Shown: in pieces, positions 46,996 through 58,057 of the stretch
Layout: each line of letters begins with the position of its first letter
Position numbering within the stretch: the stretch's first letter is position 1
Origin: Alkalispirochaeta sp.
GTDB lineage: Bacteria > Spirochaetota > Spirochaetia > DSM-27196 > Alkalispirochaetaceae
Direction: 5' to 3'
Assembly: GCA_965601925.1 (NCBI GenBank)
Contig: OZ271854.1
Span: 4,352,001 to 4,416,000 of the forward strand
Length of the DNA stretch: 64,000 nucleotides
Translations under genes and position numbers: made by a program
The notes under the pieces: model-generated
What the model was told of the DNA's origin: nothing
Database searches by the model: none
The model's input: only the letters and a program-made list of their open reading frames with translations

Positions 46996-48978
46996 ATGCT
47001 CTCGGCGACCGACCTTTCCCTCTCCTACGGCGGGCAGACGATTTTGGACGGCGCCAGCCTCACCTTAGAGACGCGCGCCCGAGTGGGACTCGTCGGTGCG
47101 AACGGAAGCGGCAAGACCAGTTTGCTCCGGATCCTCGCCGGCGAGACCCACGCTGAAGCGGGAAGCATTACCCTGGGTCGAGACCTCACACTTTCGTATC
47201 TCTCGCAACAAAAGCCGGCCTCCTCCGCGCAGACGGTATACGAGCTCGCCGAGGAGGGATTTGTCCGGGAGCATACGCTCGCCGGTGAACGCACCTCCTA
47301 TGCGGCGATTCTGGAGCGGGACCCCGGCGATACTCACGCCCTCGCTGAGGTGGCGCGAATCGACGACGCGCTGGAGGAGCGCGAGTACTTTCGCCGTGAC
47401 GGGCGCATCACCCGGGTGTTATCGGGTTTGGGATTCTCCCCCGAGGAGATGCACCGACCCCTTTCGCAGTTCAGCGGCGGGTGGCAGATGCGTGCTGCGC
47501 TCGCCCGGACACTGTTGACGCGCGCCGATTTTCTCCTGTTGGACGAACCGACGAACTACCTCGACTCGGAGACGCGACAGTGGCTTTCACGCTTCATTGC
47601 AGGCTATGAAGGCGGCGTCATGCTCGTCTCTCACGACCGAGCCTTCTTAGACGATACGATCGAGGTCGTGTTGGAGCTGTTCCTCGGCCGACTCCGCCGC
47701 TACCGCGGTTCGTACTCGGTGTACGAGCGACAACGCAGGGAGGAGCTGCAACAGCTCATCAAGGCGTGGGAGCTCCAACAGCGCGACCTGAAGCGTCAAG
47801 AGGACTTCATTCGACGGTTCCGTGCCACCGCCAGTAAGGCCAAGCAGGTCAAGAGTCGCGTTCGCGCGCTTGAGAAAAGCGAACGGATCGAGATTCCGCC
47901 CCATATTCGCCCGGTACACATCACTCTTCCACCGGCTCCGCATAGCGGACGCATCGTGTTGGAACTCGACGGCGTCACCAAGCGATACGGTGAGCGCACG
48001 GTACTGGAAGAGCTGGAGCTGACGATCGGGCGCGGTCAACGACTGGCCGTGGTGGGGTTAAACGGTGCGGGAAAGTCCACCCTCCTGAGGACCCTCGCCG
48101 GCGTCGAGGAGCCCACGGCCGGGCGAGTTGTCGCCGGCTCCGGCGTCCTCAAGGCGTACTACGCACAGGACAGCGCGGATACGCTGCCGGCCGGGGAGAC
48201 GGTTGAGGAGTACGTCGCTACACGCGCTTCCGCCGACGCGCTATCGCGCACACGGGACATCCTGGGCGCGTTCCTGTTCGACGAGGAGGGCGTGGCCAAA
48301 CCGCTGAGCGTTCTCTCAGGCGGTGAGCGAAGTCGGTTAGTTATGGCGAGTCTTCTCACGCGGCCGGCTAACCTTCTCATCCTCGACGAGCCGACCAACC
48401 ATCTGGATATGACGAGCCAGGAAGTTCTCGCACGCGCGTTGGCGAGTTATGACGGCACCGTCGTCTTCGTCTCCCACGACCGCGACTTTCTGCGACACGT
48501 AGCCACCGACGTTCTTGCGCTATGGCCCGAGGAGGTAGCGCGCCCCGACAAAGGGTGGCGGAGCTATCCCGGTACGTTTCGCGAGTTCGAGGCAAGCCAC
48601 TGGGGCGGCGTCTTCTCGAGCGCCGAGACGGATGACGATACCCGTCGCGGTCCGCGCATGCGCCCGTCGCAGACCGGCGGGGCTGCCGATACGGACGACG
48701 ACGCCAAGCGCACCTATCGCGCACAAAAGGCGAGCCGCGCGGCACTCAGGAAGGCGGAACGCGTCGAGACGGCGCTCCTCACCCGCCTGGACGAGTTGGA
48801 GGAGGACCACCGTCGCATTCAGGAGGCGATGGCGGCGGCGGAAAACTACACCGATCCGCAGCGTATCCAAAGACTCAGCGCGCAACTCTCCGCGAACGAA
48901 ACGGCGCAACGGGATACTACCGCGGAGTGGGAGCGCGTTAGCGCGGAGCTGGAAGAATTGCAAAACTCTTCTCGATAG
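46996..48978 (+). CDS. ABC-F family ATP-binding protein (ribosome-associated type)
   Basis: Two NBDs (GANGSGKT/FSGGW/LDEPTN; GLNGAGKS/LSGGE/LDEPTNHLD), interdomain linker, C-terminal coiled coil, no TM. Confidence 0.93.
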   Translation: MLSATDLSLSYGGQTILDGASLTLETRARVGLVGANGSGKTSLLRILAGETHAEAGSITLGRDLTLSYLSQQKPASSAQTVYELAEEGFVREHTLAGERTSYAAILERDPGDTHALAEVARIDDALEEREYFRRDGRITRVLSGLGFSPEEMHRPLSQFSGGWQMRAALARTLLTRADFLLLDEPTNYLDSETRQWLSRFIAGYEGGVMLVSHDRAFLDDTIEVVLELFLGRLRRYRGSYSVYERQRREELQQLIKAWELQQRDLKRQEDFIRRFRATASKAKQVKSRVRALEKSERIEIPPHIRPVHITLPPAPHSGRIVLELDGVTKRYGERTVLEELELTIGRGQRLAVVGLNGAGKSTLLRTLAGVEEPTAGRVVAGSGVLKAYYAQDSADTLPAGETVEEYVATRASADALSRTRDILGAFLFDEEGVAKPLSVLSGGERSRLVMASLLTRPANLLILDEPTNHLDMTSQEVLARALASYDGTVVFVSHDRDFLRHVATDVLALWPEEVARPDKGWRSYPGTFREFEASHWGGVFSSAETDDDTRRGPRMRPSQTGGAADTDDDAKRTYRAQKASRAALRKAERVETALLTRLDELEEDHRRIQEAMAAAENYTDPQRIQRLSAQLSANETAQRDTTAEWERVSAELEELQNSSR

Positions 48979-49070
48979 CGTTGGTCGTCCGCGCATTCGT
49001 TCATTACCTTCAAGGTGATGATAATAGCTCTAGGCACCGCGGTGACGCGGGGGTCACGCCGGGTACTTGG

Positions 49071-49715
49071 ATGACGCGCCTGCCGATGTTTCCCCTCGGG
49101 TTGGTACTCATGCCCCGTATGCCGCTCCCGCTGCATATCTTCGAGGATCGCTACCGCGCCATGATCGGACGCTGCCTGGACGAGAAGTTGCCCTTCGGTG
49201 TCTTGCTCCATACCGGCTCGACGGTACAGACCGTCGGATGTCTGGCGTCCATCGACAGCGTAATCAATACGTACAAGGACGGGCGAATGGATATCCTCAC
49301 CGTGGGAACCGAGCGCTTTCGTGTCGGGGCGATGCACGAGGCCAAGTCATATCTTGAAGCCGATGTCGAGGTGTTTCACGACGAGACGATCGACGGCGAC
49401 CAACAGACACGCATCGGCGAGCTGGCGAAAGCAGCGATCGACGATTTGATCGAGTTTGCACACGAGGCGGGGTACGATGTCGATGTGACCCTCCTGGAAC
49501 AGTTGAGCTATGAGGAGCTTTCGTTTCTCTTGGCGACGACCGACGTATTTAGCACCGAGGAGAAGCAACACTTGATCGAACTAAGGTCCACGGCCGATCG
49601 CATGCAACGCGCCGCGCGGGCGATCGACGCGGGACGCGAAAAGCGCTCGATGACGCGCCGTATTAAGACGATGCTGGGTAAAGACGACGAGGACATTACC
49701 CATCTATTCAACTAA
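49071..49715 (+). CDS. Stand-alone Lon N-terminal substrate-binding domain protein
   Basis: LPMFPL..VL.P...LPLHIFE.RY..MI, FGV, VGC.A, DGR..I...G..RF. Confidence 0.88.
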   Translation: MTRLPMFPLGLVLMPRMPLPLHIFEDRYRAMIGRCLDEKLPFGVLLHTGSTVQTVGCLASIDSVINTYKDGRMDILTVGTERFRVGAMHEAKSYLEADVEVFHDETIDGDQQTRIGELAKAAIDDLIEFAHEAGYDVDVTLLEQLSYEELSFLLATTDVFSTEEKQHLIELRSTADRMQRAARAIDAGREKRSMTRRIKTMLGKDDEDITHLFN

Positions 49716-49883
49716 ATCGAGATAGCGGCGCGGCGTAATCCTTGAGCATGGTTCCTGAGCGAAGCGCACCGAGAGACGCCGCTACCGTCTCCACTCCGGG
49801 ACGCTGCATATCTCCCGCCACCGGCCGTTTCGCTTCGGCATCCGTGTTGATCGACACCGACCGACTCCGAAGGAAACACTTAC

Positions 49884-50612
49884 ATGCGCATCACAATCGA
49901 CGGTTTGAATAAGAGCTTCGGCGGTCATCACGTTCTGAAGGATATCGCTTTGGAGGTCGATAGCCATTCTCTGGTTATCGTCGGCCCCTCAGGGGGCGGT
50001 AAAACGACGTTGCTGCGCGTCATAGCCGGCCTCGAGCGGGCGGAATCGGGTGAGTTGTCGGTAAACGGCCGCGAAATTCACTTCGAAGAGACCGCGCTCC
50101 GGGAGTATCGCAAGCGGATCGGGATGGTCTTCCAAGCGTACAATCTGTTTCCGCACTTGACGGCCTTAGCCAACATCACGCTTCCCCTGGAGAAAGTTCA
50201 CCGCAAGAGCCCCGGAGAGGCGCGCCACATCGCCATGGGACTCCTGGAGCGTTTTCAACTGGCGGACCACGTGCACAAGAAGCCGGGGCAGCTCTCGGGA
50301 GGTCAAAAACAGCGAATCGCCTTGAGCCGTGCGATTGCGATCGGACCGGAGTTCCTCATCCTCGATGAACCGACCAGCGCCCTGGATCCCGAGTTCACCG
50401 CAGAAGTTCTCGACATGATCGAGGAGTTGCGAGAAGAGGATAAGCACCTCATCTTGGTCACCCACGAGATGGGGTTCGCGCGCCACGTCTCCGACTACGT
50501 GCTCTTCATCGACGATGGAACGGTCATCGAAGAGGGGTCGCCGGAAGCGGTCTTCGACAACCCTCGGCACCCCAAAGTGCGGAAGTTTTTCGACCGCGTG
50601 TTAAAATACTGA
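49884..50612 (+). CDS. Polar amino acid ABC transporter ATP-binding protein (GlnQ-like)
   Basis: GPSGGGKT, VFQ.YNLFPH, LSGGQKQR, DEPTSALDPE, VTHEMGFA. Confidence 0.93.
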   Translation: MRITIDGLNKSFGGHHVLKDIALEVDSHSLVIVGPSGGGKTTLLRVIAGLERAESGELSVNGREIHFEETALREYRKRIGMVFQAYNLFPHLTALANITLPLEKVHRKSPGEARHIAMGLLERFQLADHVHKKPGQLSGGQKQRIALSRAIAIGPEFLILDEPTSALDPEFTAEVLDMIEELREEDKHLILVTHEMGFARHVSDYVLFIDDGTVIEEGSPEAVFDNPRHPKVRKFFDRVLKY

Positions 50613-50685
50613 AAACATCGTATGCGCCCTCGACACGACCCCAACCTGTGGTACTATCCTCTTGCATTACGGACAGGAGTGCACT

Positions 50686-51813
50686 ATGGCTGATTATGGT
50701 AAACGGATTCGCGAGCTGACGATCGTTCGTTCTCAAACGATTCAGGAGTGTAACGATCTTCGTCTGTCGATCGGAGCAAAGGTCGTCGAGCTCAATGAGT
50801 CGGAACGTCCGAGCGGCGTGGAGGAGCTCGTTCGTCGATATCGCGAGGCGACCGAACGGGCCGAGTCGGCGAGCAACGCGATCGAGCGTATGATACAGAT
50901 CGACGATCGCCAATCGGATATCAGAACGAACATGAAAGCGTTCCAGAAGGAGCGCGATGAGCTCAGCAAAGGACTCGACAGCGTGTACGAGCAAATAGGC
51001 GGCGTCGCGTTTCGTCTCTTTCGTGAGCATCCCTTGGTGGACACGAGCTACTCCTCGGCCTTTGAGAATCTTGCTCGATATCAGGACGATATCCGTAGTA
51101 TCGAGGCGCGCCTCGAGCAGCTCAACGTAGCGGACCACGGTTCCTCGCGCTCGGTCCTGGAGCGAATCGGCACGCGGGGACGCAGTATCTTTCTTCGGAA
51201 CCGCCGCACGGTACGGGAGAATCAACTTCCCCGCCTACTCCAAGAGACGGGACGCAAACTCACCGACGGCGACTTTATCGAACAGGTCTCCGATCCGGAG
51301 CTCACTCGCGTCTCCGAGCCGATTCGGGAGGCGGATCGACGGCGCGATGAGATCGACGCGGAGCTCGCACGGCTGAAGGAAGAGTCGGGACGACTCGTTG
51401 AGGAGTTTAACACCCTCACCGAGGGGGAAAAGACGACTCGGGCGAGGGAACACTGGCAAAAGGAGATCGACGAGGCGAAAACGCTCCTCAATAGCACACT
51501 TCTCAGTCTCGGGCGCGCCGCGGAGCACGATCCGACCGAGGCCCTTTCGCAGGAACTCGATACCCTCGCAACCTCGGAGTCTCGCCGGGCACACTTCGAC
51601 GCCCTCATTGAGCGGCTTCAGGCCGGGTTACGATCCCAGATACTATCGAGTGAACTCAAGGAAAACGAGCGGAGACATGAGGCGACGAGCGCCGAGATAG
51701 ATAGGCTTAAGGCGCGCCTCGCAGCTCTTAAGGACGAGGCCAAAAAAAAGAGCGCCGAACAACAACACCTCATCGAGGTGCGGGGCGACGAGTCGGAGCT
51801 CTTCGACGACTGA
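50686..51813 (+). CDS. Hypothetical coiled-coil protein
   Basis: E/R/L-rich heptad pattern throughout. SD CAGGAG and extended -10 TGgTACTAT upstream. Confidence 0.72.
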   Translation: MADYGKRIRELTIVRSQTIQECNDLRLSIGAKVVELNESERPSGVEELVRRYREATERAESASNAIERMIQIDDRQSDIRTNMKAFQKERDELSKGLDSVYEQIGGVAFRLFREHPLVDTSYSSAFENLARYQDDIRSIEARLEQLNVADHGSSRSVLERIGTRGRSIFLRNRRTVRENQLPRLLQETGRKLTDGDFIEQVSDPELTRVSEPIREADRRRDEIDAELARLKEESGRLVEEFNTLTEGEKTTRAREHWQKEIDEAKTLLNSTLLSLGRAAEHDPTEALSQELDTLATSESRRAHFDALIERLQAGLRSQILSSELKENERRHEATSAEIDRLKARLAALKDEAKKKSAEQQHLIEVRGDESELFDD

Positions 51814-51820
51814 AGACGGC

Positions 51821-53995
51821 GTGGATTTGGGACTGGACGGCGAGCGGCTCCCGCTGGCCGCGCGAATGCGACCGCGCGCGCTCGACGAATTTGTGGGGCA
51901 GGAACATATCCTGGCTCCGGGGAGACTGCTACGTCGCGCGATTGAGGCGGACCAACTGCGCTCAATCATCCTCTCCGGACCGCCGGGAACGGGTAAGACG
52001 ACTCTCGCCCGTGTAATTGCCGAGCACACAGAAAGCCAGTTTCTCTCGGTAAATGCCGTACTCAGCGGCGTCAAAGACCTCAGGGAGGCGATCGAACGCG
52101 CCAAGACCTTCAGGGACTCCCACAATCGACGGACGATTCTCTTTGTCGACGAGGTCCACCGTTGGAACCGGAGCCAACAGGACGCGCTTCTACCGTGGGT
52201 GGAGGAAGGCCTCTTCATTCTTATCGGGGCGACGACCGAGAATCCCTTTTTCGAAGTTAATCGCGCGCTCCTCTCCCGTAGTCGCGTTTTTCTTCTTACA
52301 CCTCTCGGCGAGGAGCACCTTGAGGCGGTCCTTGCCGGCGCCCTCGCCGACCGAGAGCGCGGCTACGGGCGCTACACCGTCACACTCACCGATGATGCGC
52401 GAGAGCATCTCATCCGCACCGCCTCCGGGGACGCCCGGACACTCCTGAACGCGTTAGAGCTCGCCGTGGAGACGAACCACTCCGGCTTTCCGCCCCCTCC
52501 GGGTGAGACGATCGCCGTCGACTTGGCGGTGGCGGAGGAGAGTATCCAACAGCGAGCCGTCTTGTACGACAAGGACGGCGACTACCACTTCGACACCATC
52601 AGCGCGCTCATAAAGTCGGTGCGCGGCTCCGACGCCGACGCCGCGCTCTATTGGTTGGCAAAGATGATAACCGCCGGTGAGGACCCTCGGTATATCCTGC
52701 GTCGGCTGCTCATTCTGGCCGCCGAAGATATCGGTCTCGCCGATCCGCACGCCGTCTCGGTCGTGCTCTCCTGTGCCCAAGCGTTCGACCGCATCGGCAT
52801 GCCCGAGGGACAGTTTCACTTGAGTCAGGCGACGCTGTATCTGGCGAACACCCTCAAGTCGAACAGCACACTCGCCTATTTCGACGCCGTGGAGGCCGTC
52901 AAGCGAGGAATGAACGATGAGGTTCCCGTGCACCTGCGCGACGCACATCGTGACGGCGAGGATCTCGGGCACGGTAAGGGATACCTCTATCCCCATGCAT
53001 ATCGCGACCATTGGGTCGCGCAACAGTATCTTCCCGCCGCTATTCAGGGCCGCACCTTTTACAGCCCCGGTGAGCTCGGATGGGAGGGAATACAGGCCGA
53101 GCGTCTTGAAAACCGTCGACGCATTCAACTCGCGGCGATACGCGAGGAGGAGTCGACCCATTGGTCGGTGGCGCCGAAGCGCGGCGTCGATAGTTGGATA
53201 CACCGCGCCGACGGCGCCATGGTCGACGAGCTTGCTCGGTTGCGCGACGAGCTATTGGGACGTCTCGACGTCAAAGCGACCGACCGCGTTCTCCTCACCG
53301 GGGACGCCGTCCAGTTCCTCGTGTGGGAAAGTCTCCGCCGCGCGCACGGCGGACTTACCGCCGTATGGACCGACGCCGCCGCAGCACAGACGCTCCGCCA
53401 CACGCTGAAGGAGCGTGAGAGCGACGTCGATGCGCCGCAGATATATACGGTCGACTCTGCGGGTCACGTCCCCGAGAACGACGGACCGCTGCACGCGGGT
53501 CCCTTTGAGCGTATCGTATGCAGAGACTACGGGCACGGAGATCCCGGTACGCTGGTGAGTGATCTACTATCGCTATTGACGCCCGACGGACGAATCGTGA
53601 TTTCCGACATCGAACCGCACGGAGGCACGCGCCCCTCCTCCATTCTCTCCCTGTCCGACGACGATCGCGCGACTCTGCGAGACGCCGAGCGCGTCGCGTA
53701 TCCCTCACGCGTCGAGATGTGGTCCTCGCTGGCCGACCGCTACGCGGCGAAGGGCGCTCTCGACGTCTCGGTTGAGACGATACAGACGACGCTTTTCCGT
53801 ACCGTGCGCGGCGGCCACATGGAGCGGTGGCTCGAAGCGTCCGCGCCGGTAGGGAGAGCCTTGGATCGCAACGCCGACCGTTCCGCCGTGGAGCGTATCA
53901 GATCGGCGGCGCGCCAATGGAAGGAGCGCGAAGTTCACTGGCAACGGACGCATCTGGCGATAACTATCACCCGGGGCGATCATCATCCGTCGTGA
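51821..53995 (+). CDS. rarA: Replication-associated recombination ATPase RarA/MgsA with C-terminal methyltransferase-like extension
   Basis: [61 protein letters not shown], followed by about 280 extra aa. Confidence 0.9.
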   Translation: MDLGLDGERLPLAARMRPRALDEFVGQEHILAPGRLLRRAIEADQLRSIILSGPPGTGKTTLARVIAEHTESQFLSVNAVLSGVKDLREAIERAKTFRDSHNRRTILFVDEVHRWNRSQQDALLPWVEEGLFILIGATTENPFFEVNRALLSRSRVFLLTPLGEEHLEAVLAGALADRERGYGRYTVTLTDDAREHLIRTASGDARTLLNALELAVETNHSGFPPPPGETIAVDLAVAEESIQQRAVLYDKDGDYHFDTISALIKSVRGSDADAALYWLAKMITAGEDPRYILRRLLILAAEDIGLADPHAVSVVLSCAQAFDRIGMPEGQFHLSQATLYLANTLKSNSTLAYFDAVEAVKRGMNDEVPVHLRDAHRDGEDLGHGKGYLYPHAYRDHWVAQQYLPAAIQGRTFYSPGELGWEGIQAERLENRRRIQLAAIREEESTHWSVAPKRGVDSWIHRADGAMVDELARLRDELLGRLDVKATDRVLLTGDAVQFLVWESLRRAHGGLTAVWTDAAAAQTLRHTLKERESDVDAPQIYTVDSAGHVPENDGPLHAGPFERIVCRDYGHGDPGTLVSDLLSLLTPDGRIVISDIEPHGGTRPSSILSLSDDDRATLRDAERVAYPSRVEMWSSLADRYAAKGALDVSVETIQTTLFRTVRGGHMERWLEASAPVGRALDRNADRSAVERIRSAARQWKEREVHWQRTHLAITITRGDHHPS

Positions 53996-54081
53996 AGACC
54001 GCGGTAATCGGCGACACGCCGCCCGCATTCCTTCCCTCATAACTAACCGGCGTTCTCGGACGCGGCAGCTGCCTCAAGAGG

Positions 54082-54154
54082 GCGGGTGGCGGCGGCGGAT
54101 GCGGCTTCTGACCCGGAGGGTCTGCACGAGCATCCGACGCCGCCATCCACCCGC
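54082..54154. repeat. Long imperfect GC-rich inverted repeat between rarA and the tRNA promoter
   Basis: GCGGGTGG/CCACCCGC, GGCGGCG/CGCCGCC, GGATGC/GCATCC and GACCC/GGGTC nested arms. Confidence 0.65.
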
Positions 54155-54202
54155 ATTCACTGTTACAACACGCGCCCCCGCACAACGCGCGACCCTGCGA
54201 TC

Positions 54203-54231
54203 TTGACAAAAAACTCATTTAGCGGCATAGT
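54203..54231 (+). promoter_or_regulatory. Sigma70 promoter of the tRNA cluster
   Basis: TTGACA (54203-54208) - 17 nt - CATAGT (54226-54231), followed by a GC-rich discriminator. Confidence 0.75.
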
Positions 54232-54245
54232 TCGCGGGCACTTGC

Positions 54246-54318
54246 GGTGGATGTAGTTCAATGGTAGAGCACCAGATTGTGGTTCTGGTTGTTGCGGGTT
54301 CAAGTCCCGTCATCCACC
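54246..54318 (+). tRNA. tRNA-His(GTG), including G-1
   Basis: Acceptor GTGGATG/CATCCAC, anticodon arm CCAGA-TTGTGGT-TCTGG, T-loop TTCAAGT, G-1:C73. Confidence 0.95.
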
Positions 54319-54324
54319 CATCGA

Positions 54325-54398
<74 letters not shown>

Positions 54399-54410
54399 CG
54401 AGTAAACAGT

Positions 54411-54483
54411 GGGCCGTTAGCTCAGCTGGTAGAGCAGCAGACTCTTAATCTGCGGGTCGAAGGTTCGATCCCTTCACGGCTCA
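54411..54483 (+). tRNA. tRNA-Lys(CTT)
   Basis: Acceptor GGGCCGT/ACGGCTC, GCAGA-CTCTTAA-TCTGC, TTCGATC. Confidence 0.95.
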
Positions 54484-54559
54484 CCTAACGCGTTGTTGGA
54501 CGCGAGTGAGGCACTGTTCCTGCAGTGCTTGACATATTGGTACTCCTGGAGTACTCTAA

Positions 54560-54641
<82 letters not shown>

Positions 54642-54696
54642 CGAGAAGGGTCGAATTGTTTCATAACCGGTTTCGCCACAATCGATCCTGGTTTTC

Positions 54697-54768
54697 GCGA
54701 GAGTAGCTCAGTGGTAGAGCTCCACCTTGCCAAGGTGGATGTCGCGGGTTCGAATCCCGTCTCTCGCT
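54697..54768 (+). tRNA. tRNA-Gly(GCC)
   Basis: Acceptor GCGAGAG/CTCTCGC, CCACC-TTGCCAA-GGTGG, U73. Confidence 0.95.
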
Positions 54769-54779
54769 CTTCTTCTTTG

Positions 54780-54813
54780 AGGCGATTCGGGTAGTCCCGG
54801 ATCGCCTTTTTTT
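54780..54813 (+). terminator. Intrinsic terminator after the tRNA cluster
   Basis: AGGCGATTCGGG-TAGT-CCCGGATCGCCT stem with a T7 tail. Confidence 0.85.
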
Positions 54814-54845
54814 GACGATCATACTGGTAGTGAAAGGCTGTAACG

Positions 54846-56207
54846 ATGGTACAAGACAAAAAACTTGAAAAGCTCGAGAACTCAGCAGTCAAGTTGACCC
54901 TTACGATTCCCTCCGCTGAGGTGCAGTCGGCGTACGACGACTTGGTCAAGAAATACTCAAAAAGTGCGCAGATCAAAGGATTCCGCAAGGGTAAAGTGCC
55001 CCGCGCAATTCTGGAGCGCAAGTTCGGTGAAGCCTTTCGCGCCGAGACTATGCAGGAGCTTATGGGCAAGGCCTTGGAAGAGGCTCTCGAGAACATCGAT
55101 GAGCGCCCCCTTCCCTACGCGCGCCCCTCTCTCGTTGAGGAGGATCAGGACCTCACTCTGGACACGGAGTCCGACTTTATCTTCAGCGTAACGTACGACG
55201 TCTTTCCGGAAATAACCCTCGGCGAGTACCGCGGTCTGGAGGTCGTCGAACCGAGCGTCAAAATTACCAAAGCCGACGAGGACCGCGACCTCGAAGACAT
55301 GCGCCAGCGCAACGCACTGGTGATCGAGAAAGAGGACGGTGAAGTCGCCGAAGGTAATATCGTGACGATGACCTTTGAGGAGATAGACGAGGCGGACGAG
55401 GCGATCGCCGAAACGCGACGCGAAGACTTCGTCTTTACCGTCGGCGAGGGTCACAACCTCTATCATCTGGATACCGAACTCATCGGTATGAAGAAAGATG
55501 AGACGCGCATCGTCGAAAAAGAATACCCCGAGGACTTTGAGCACGAAGAGCTGGCGGGACGGGAAAAGCGCCTCCGCGTTCTGGTAACGCTCATCAAAGA
55601 GCGCGATCTTCCCGACCTCGACGACGAGTTTGCCCAAGATATTAGCGACGACTTCGAGACGCTCGACGACTTGCGTAAAGATGTTCGCAAGCAGATCGAA
55701 CGAAACGCGGAAGCGCGCATACGTTCACGCAAGATAGACGGCATTATGGAGCAAGTCGTCGCCTCCTCCACCGTCGAGGTGCCGCAGACGATGGTTAACA
55801 CCGAAATCGAATCGCGGTGGCAAAATCTTGCGCAGCAGTATCGCGTCACGAGCGAACAGCTGATGCAACTCCTGTCGATGCAAGGCAAGACACAGGAGGA
55901 GATCTTCGAAGAGTGGCGCCCGGCTGCAATCCAGAGCATCAAGCGCAGCCTCCTCGTACAAAAGATGATCGAAGTCGAGAAGATCGAGGTCACCGAGGAC
56001 GATGCCGAGGAACAGATCAAGAGCGACGCGGAGGAACGCAAAGCCGACGCGGATCAGATCCTCGAGTACTACAAGAAAAATGGGATGCTCGCGTATGTCC
56101 AGCAGGAGATCGCCGAGCGTCGCATGTTCGATGCCGTCATCGAATCGGCTACGATAAAGAAGGGTGATAAGATCGCCTATATGGACTTGCTCAACAAGAA
56201 TGATTAG
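54846..56207 (+). CDS. tig: Trigger factor
   Basis: Ribosome-binding signature GFRKGKVP, central FKBP-like domain, LDDEFA. Lies upstream of clpP-clpX. Confidence 0.95.
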   Translation: MVQDKKLEKLENSAVKLTLTIPSAEVQSAYDDLVKKYSKSAQIKGFRKGKVPRAILERKFGEAFRAETMQELMGKALEEALENIDERPLPYARPSLVEEDQDLTLDTESDFIFSVTYDVFPEITLGEYRGLEVVEPSVKITKADEDRDLEDMRQRNALVIEKEDGEVAEGNIVTMTFEEIDEADEAIAETRREDFVFTVGEGHNLYHLDTELIGMKKDETRIVEKEYPEDFEHEELAGREKRLRVLVTLIKERDLPDLDDEFAQDISDDFETLDDLRKDVRKQIERNAEARIRSRKIDGIMEQVVASSTVEVPQTMVNTEIESRWQNLAQQYRVTSEQLMQLLSMQGKTQEEIFEEWRPAAIQSIKRSLLVQKMIEVEKIEVTEDDAEEQIKSDAEERKADADQILEYYKKNGMLAYVQQEIAERRMFDAVIESATIKKGDKIAYMDLLNKND

Positions 56208-56217
56208 GTTTGGCGCT

Positions 56218-56815
56218 ATGAACGTGCAGAACAATACCTTAGTGCCGATTGTGGTCGAACAGACCGGAATCGGCGAGCGCTCCTACGACATATTCTCGCG
56301 TCTGTTAAAAGATAGAATCGTCTTCCTCGACGGTCAGATCAACGATGTGACGGCGGATCTCGTAGTTGCCCAGCTTCTCCTCTTGGAGAGCCAGGACCCT
56401 GAAAAAGACATCAATCTCTATATCAACAGTCCGGGTGGATCGGTGACCTCGGGTCTGGCTATCTACGACACGATGCAGCATATCAAGCCGGATGTCTCGA
56501 CGATATGCATCGGGCAGGCCGCATCGATGGCGGCACTTCTTCTCACCGCCGGTGCGGAGGGCAAACGTGTCGTGCTACCGTCCTCCAGAGTGTTGGTTCA
56601 TCAACCGTGGGGCGGCGTACAGGGGCAGGCCACCGATATCGGCATCCAAGCGCGAGAGATCGTACGCCTCAAGAAGATGCTCATCGACTATTTTGCGCTC
56701 CACACCGGCAAAACGACCGAGCAAATCGCCACGGACTTGGAACGAGACTATTTCATGTCTGCTCAGGAGAGTGTAGAATATGGAATAGTCGACGATATCC
56801 TGGTTCGGGGAGCAC

Positions 56816-56835
<20 letters not shown>
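56218..56835 (+). CDS. clpP: ATP-dependent Clp protease proteolytic subunit
   Basis: [24 protein letters not shown] (Ser), HQP (His), ERD (Asp). Confidence 0.97.

Positions 56836-58053
<1,218 letters not shown>

Positions 58054-58057
<4 letters not shown>

Noticed and set aside
54082..54154. Long hairpin as SRP RNA, 6S RNA or REP/MITE
   Set aside because: It lacks the SRP helix-8 CAGG/GNRA/AGCA motif on either strand, is too short for 6S, and I found no second copy in the window. Kept only as an inverted repeat.
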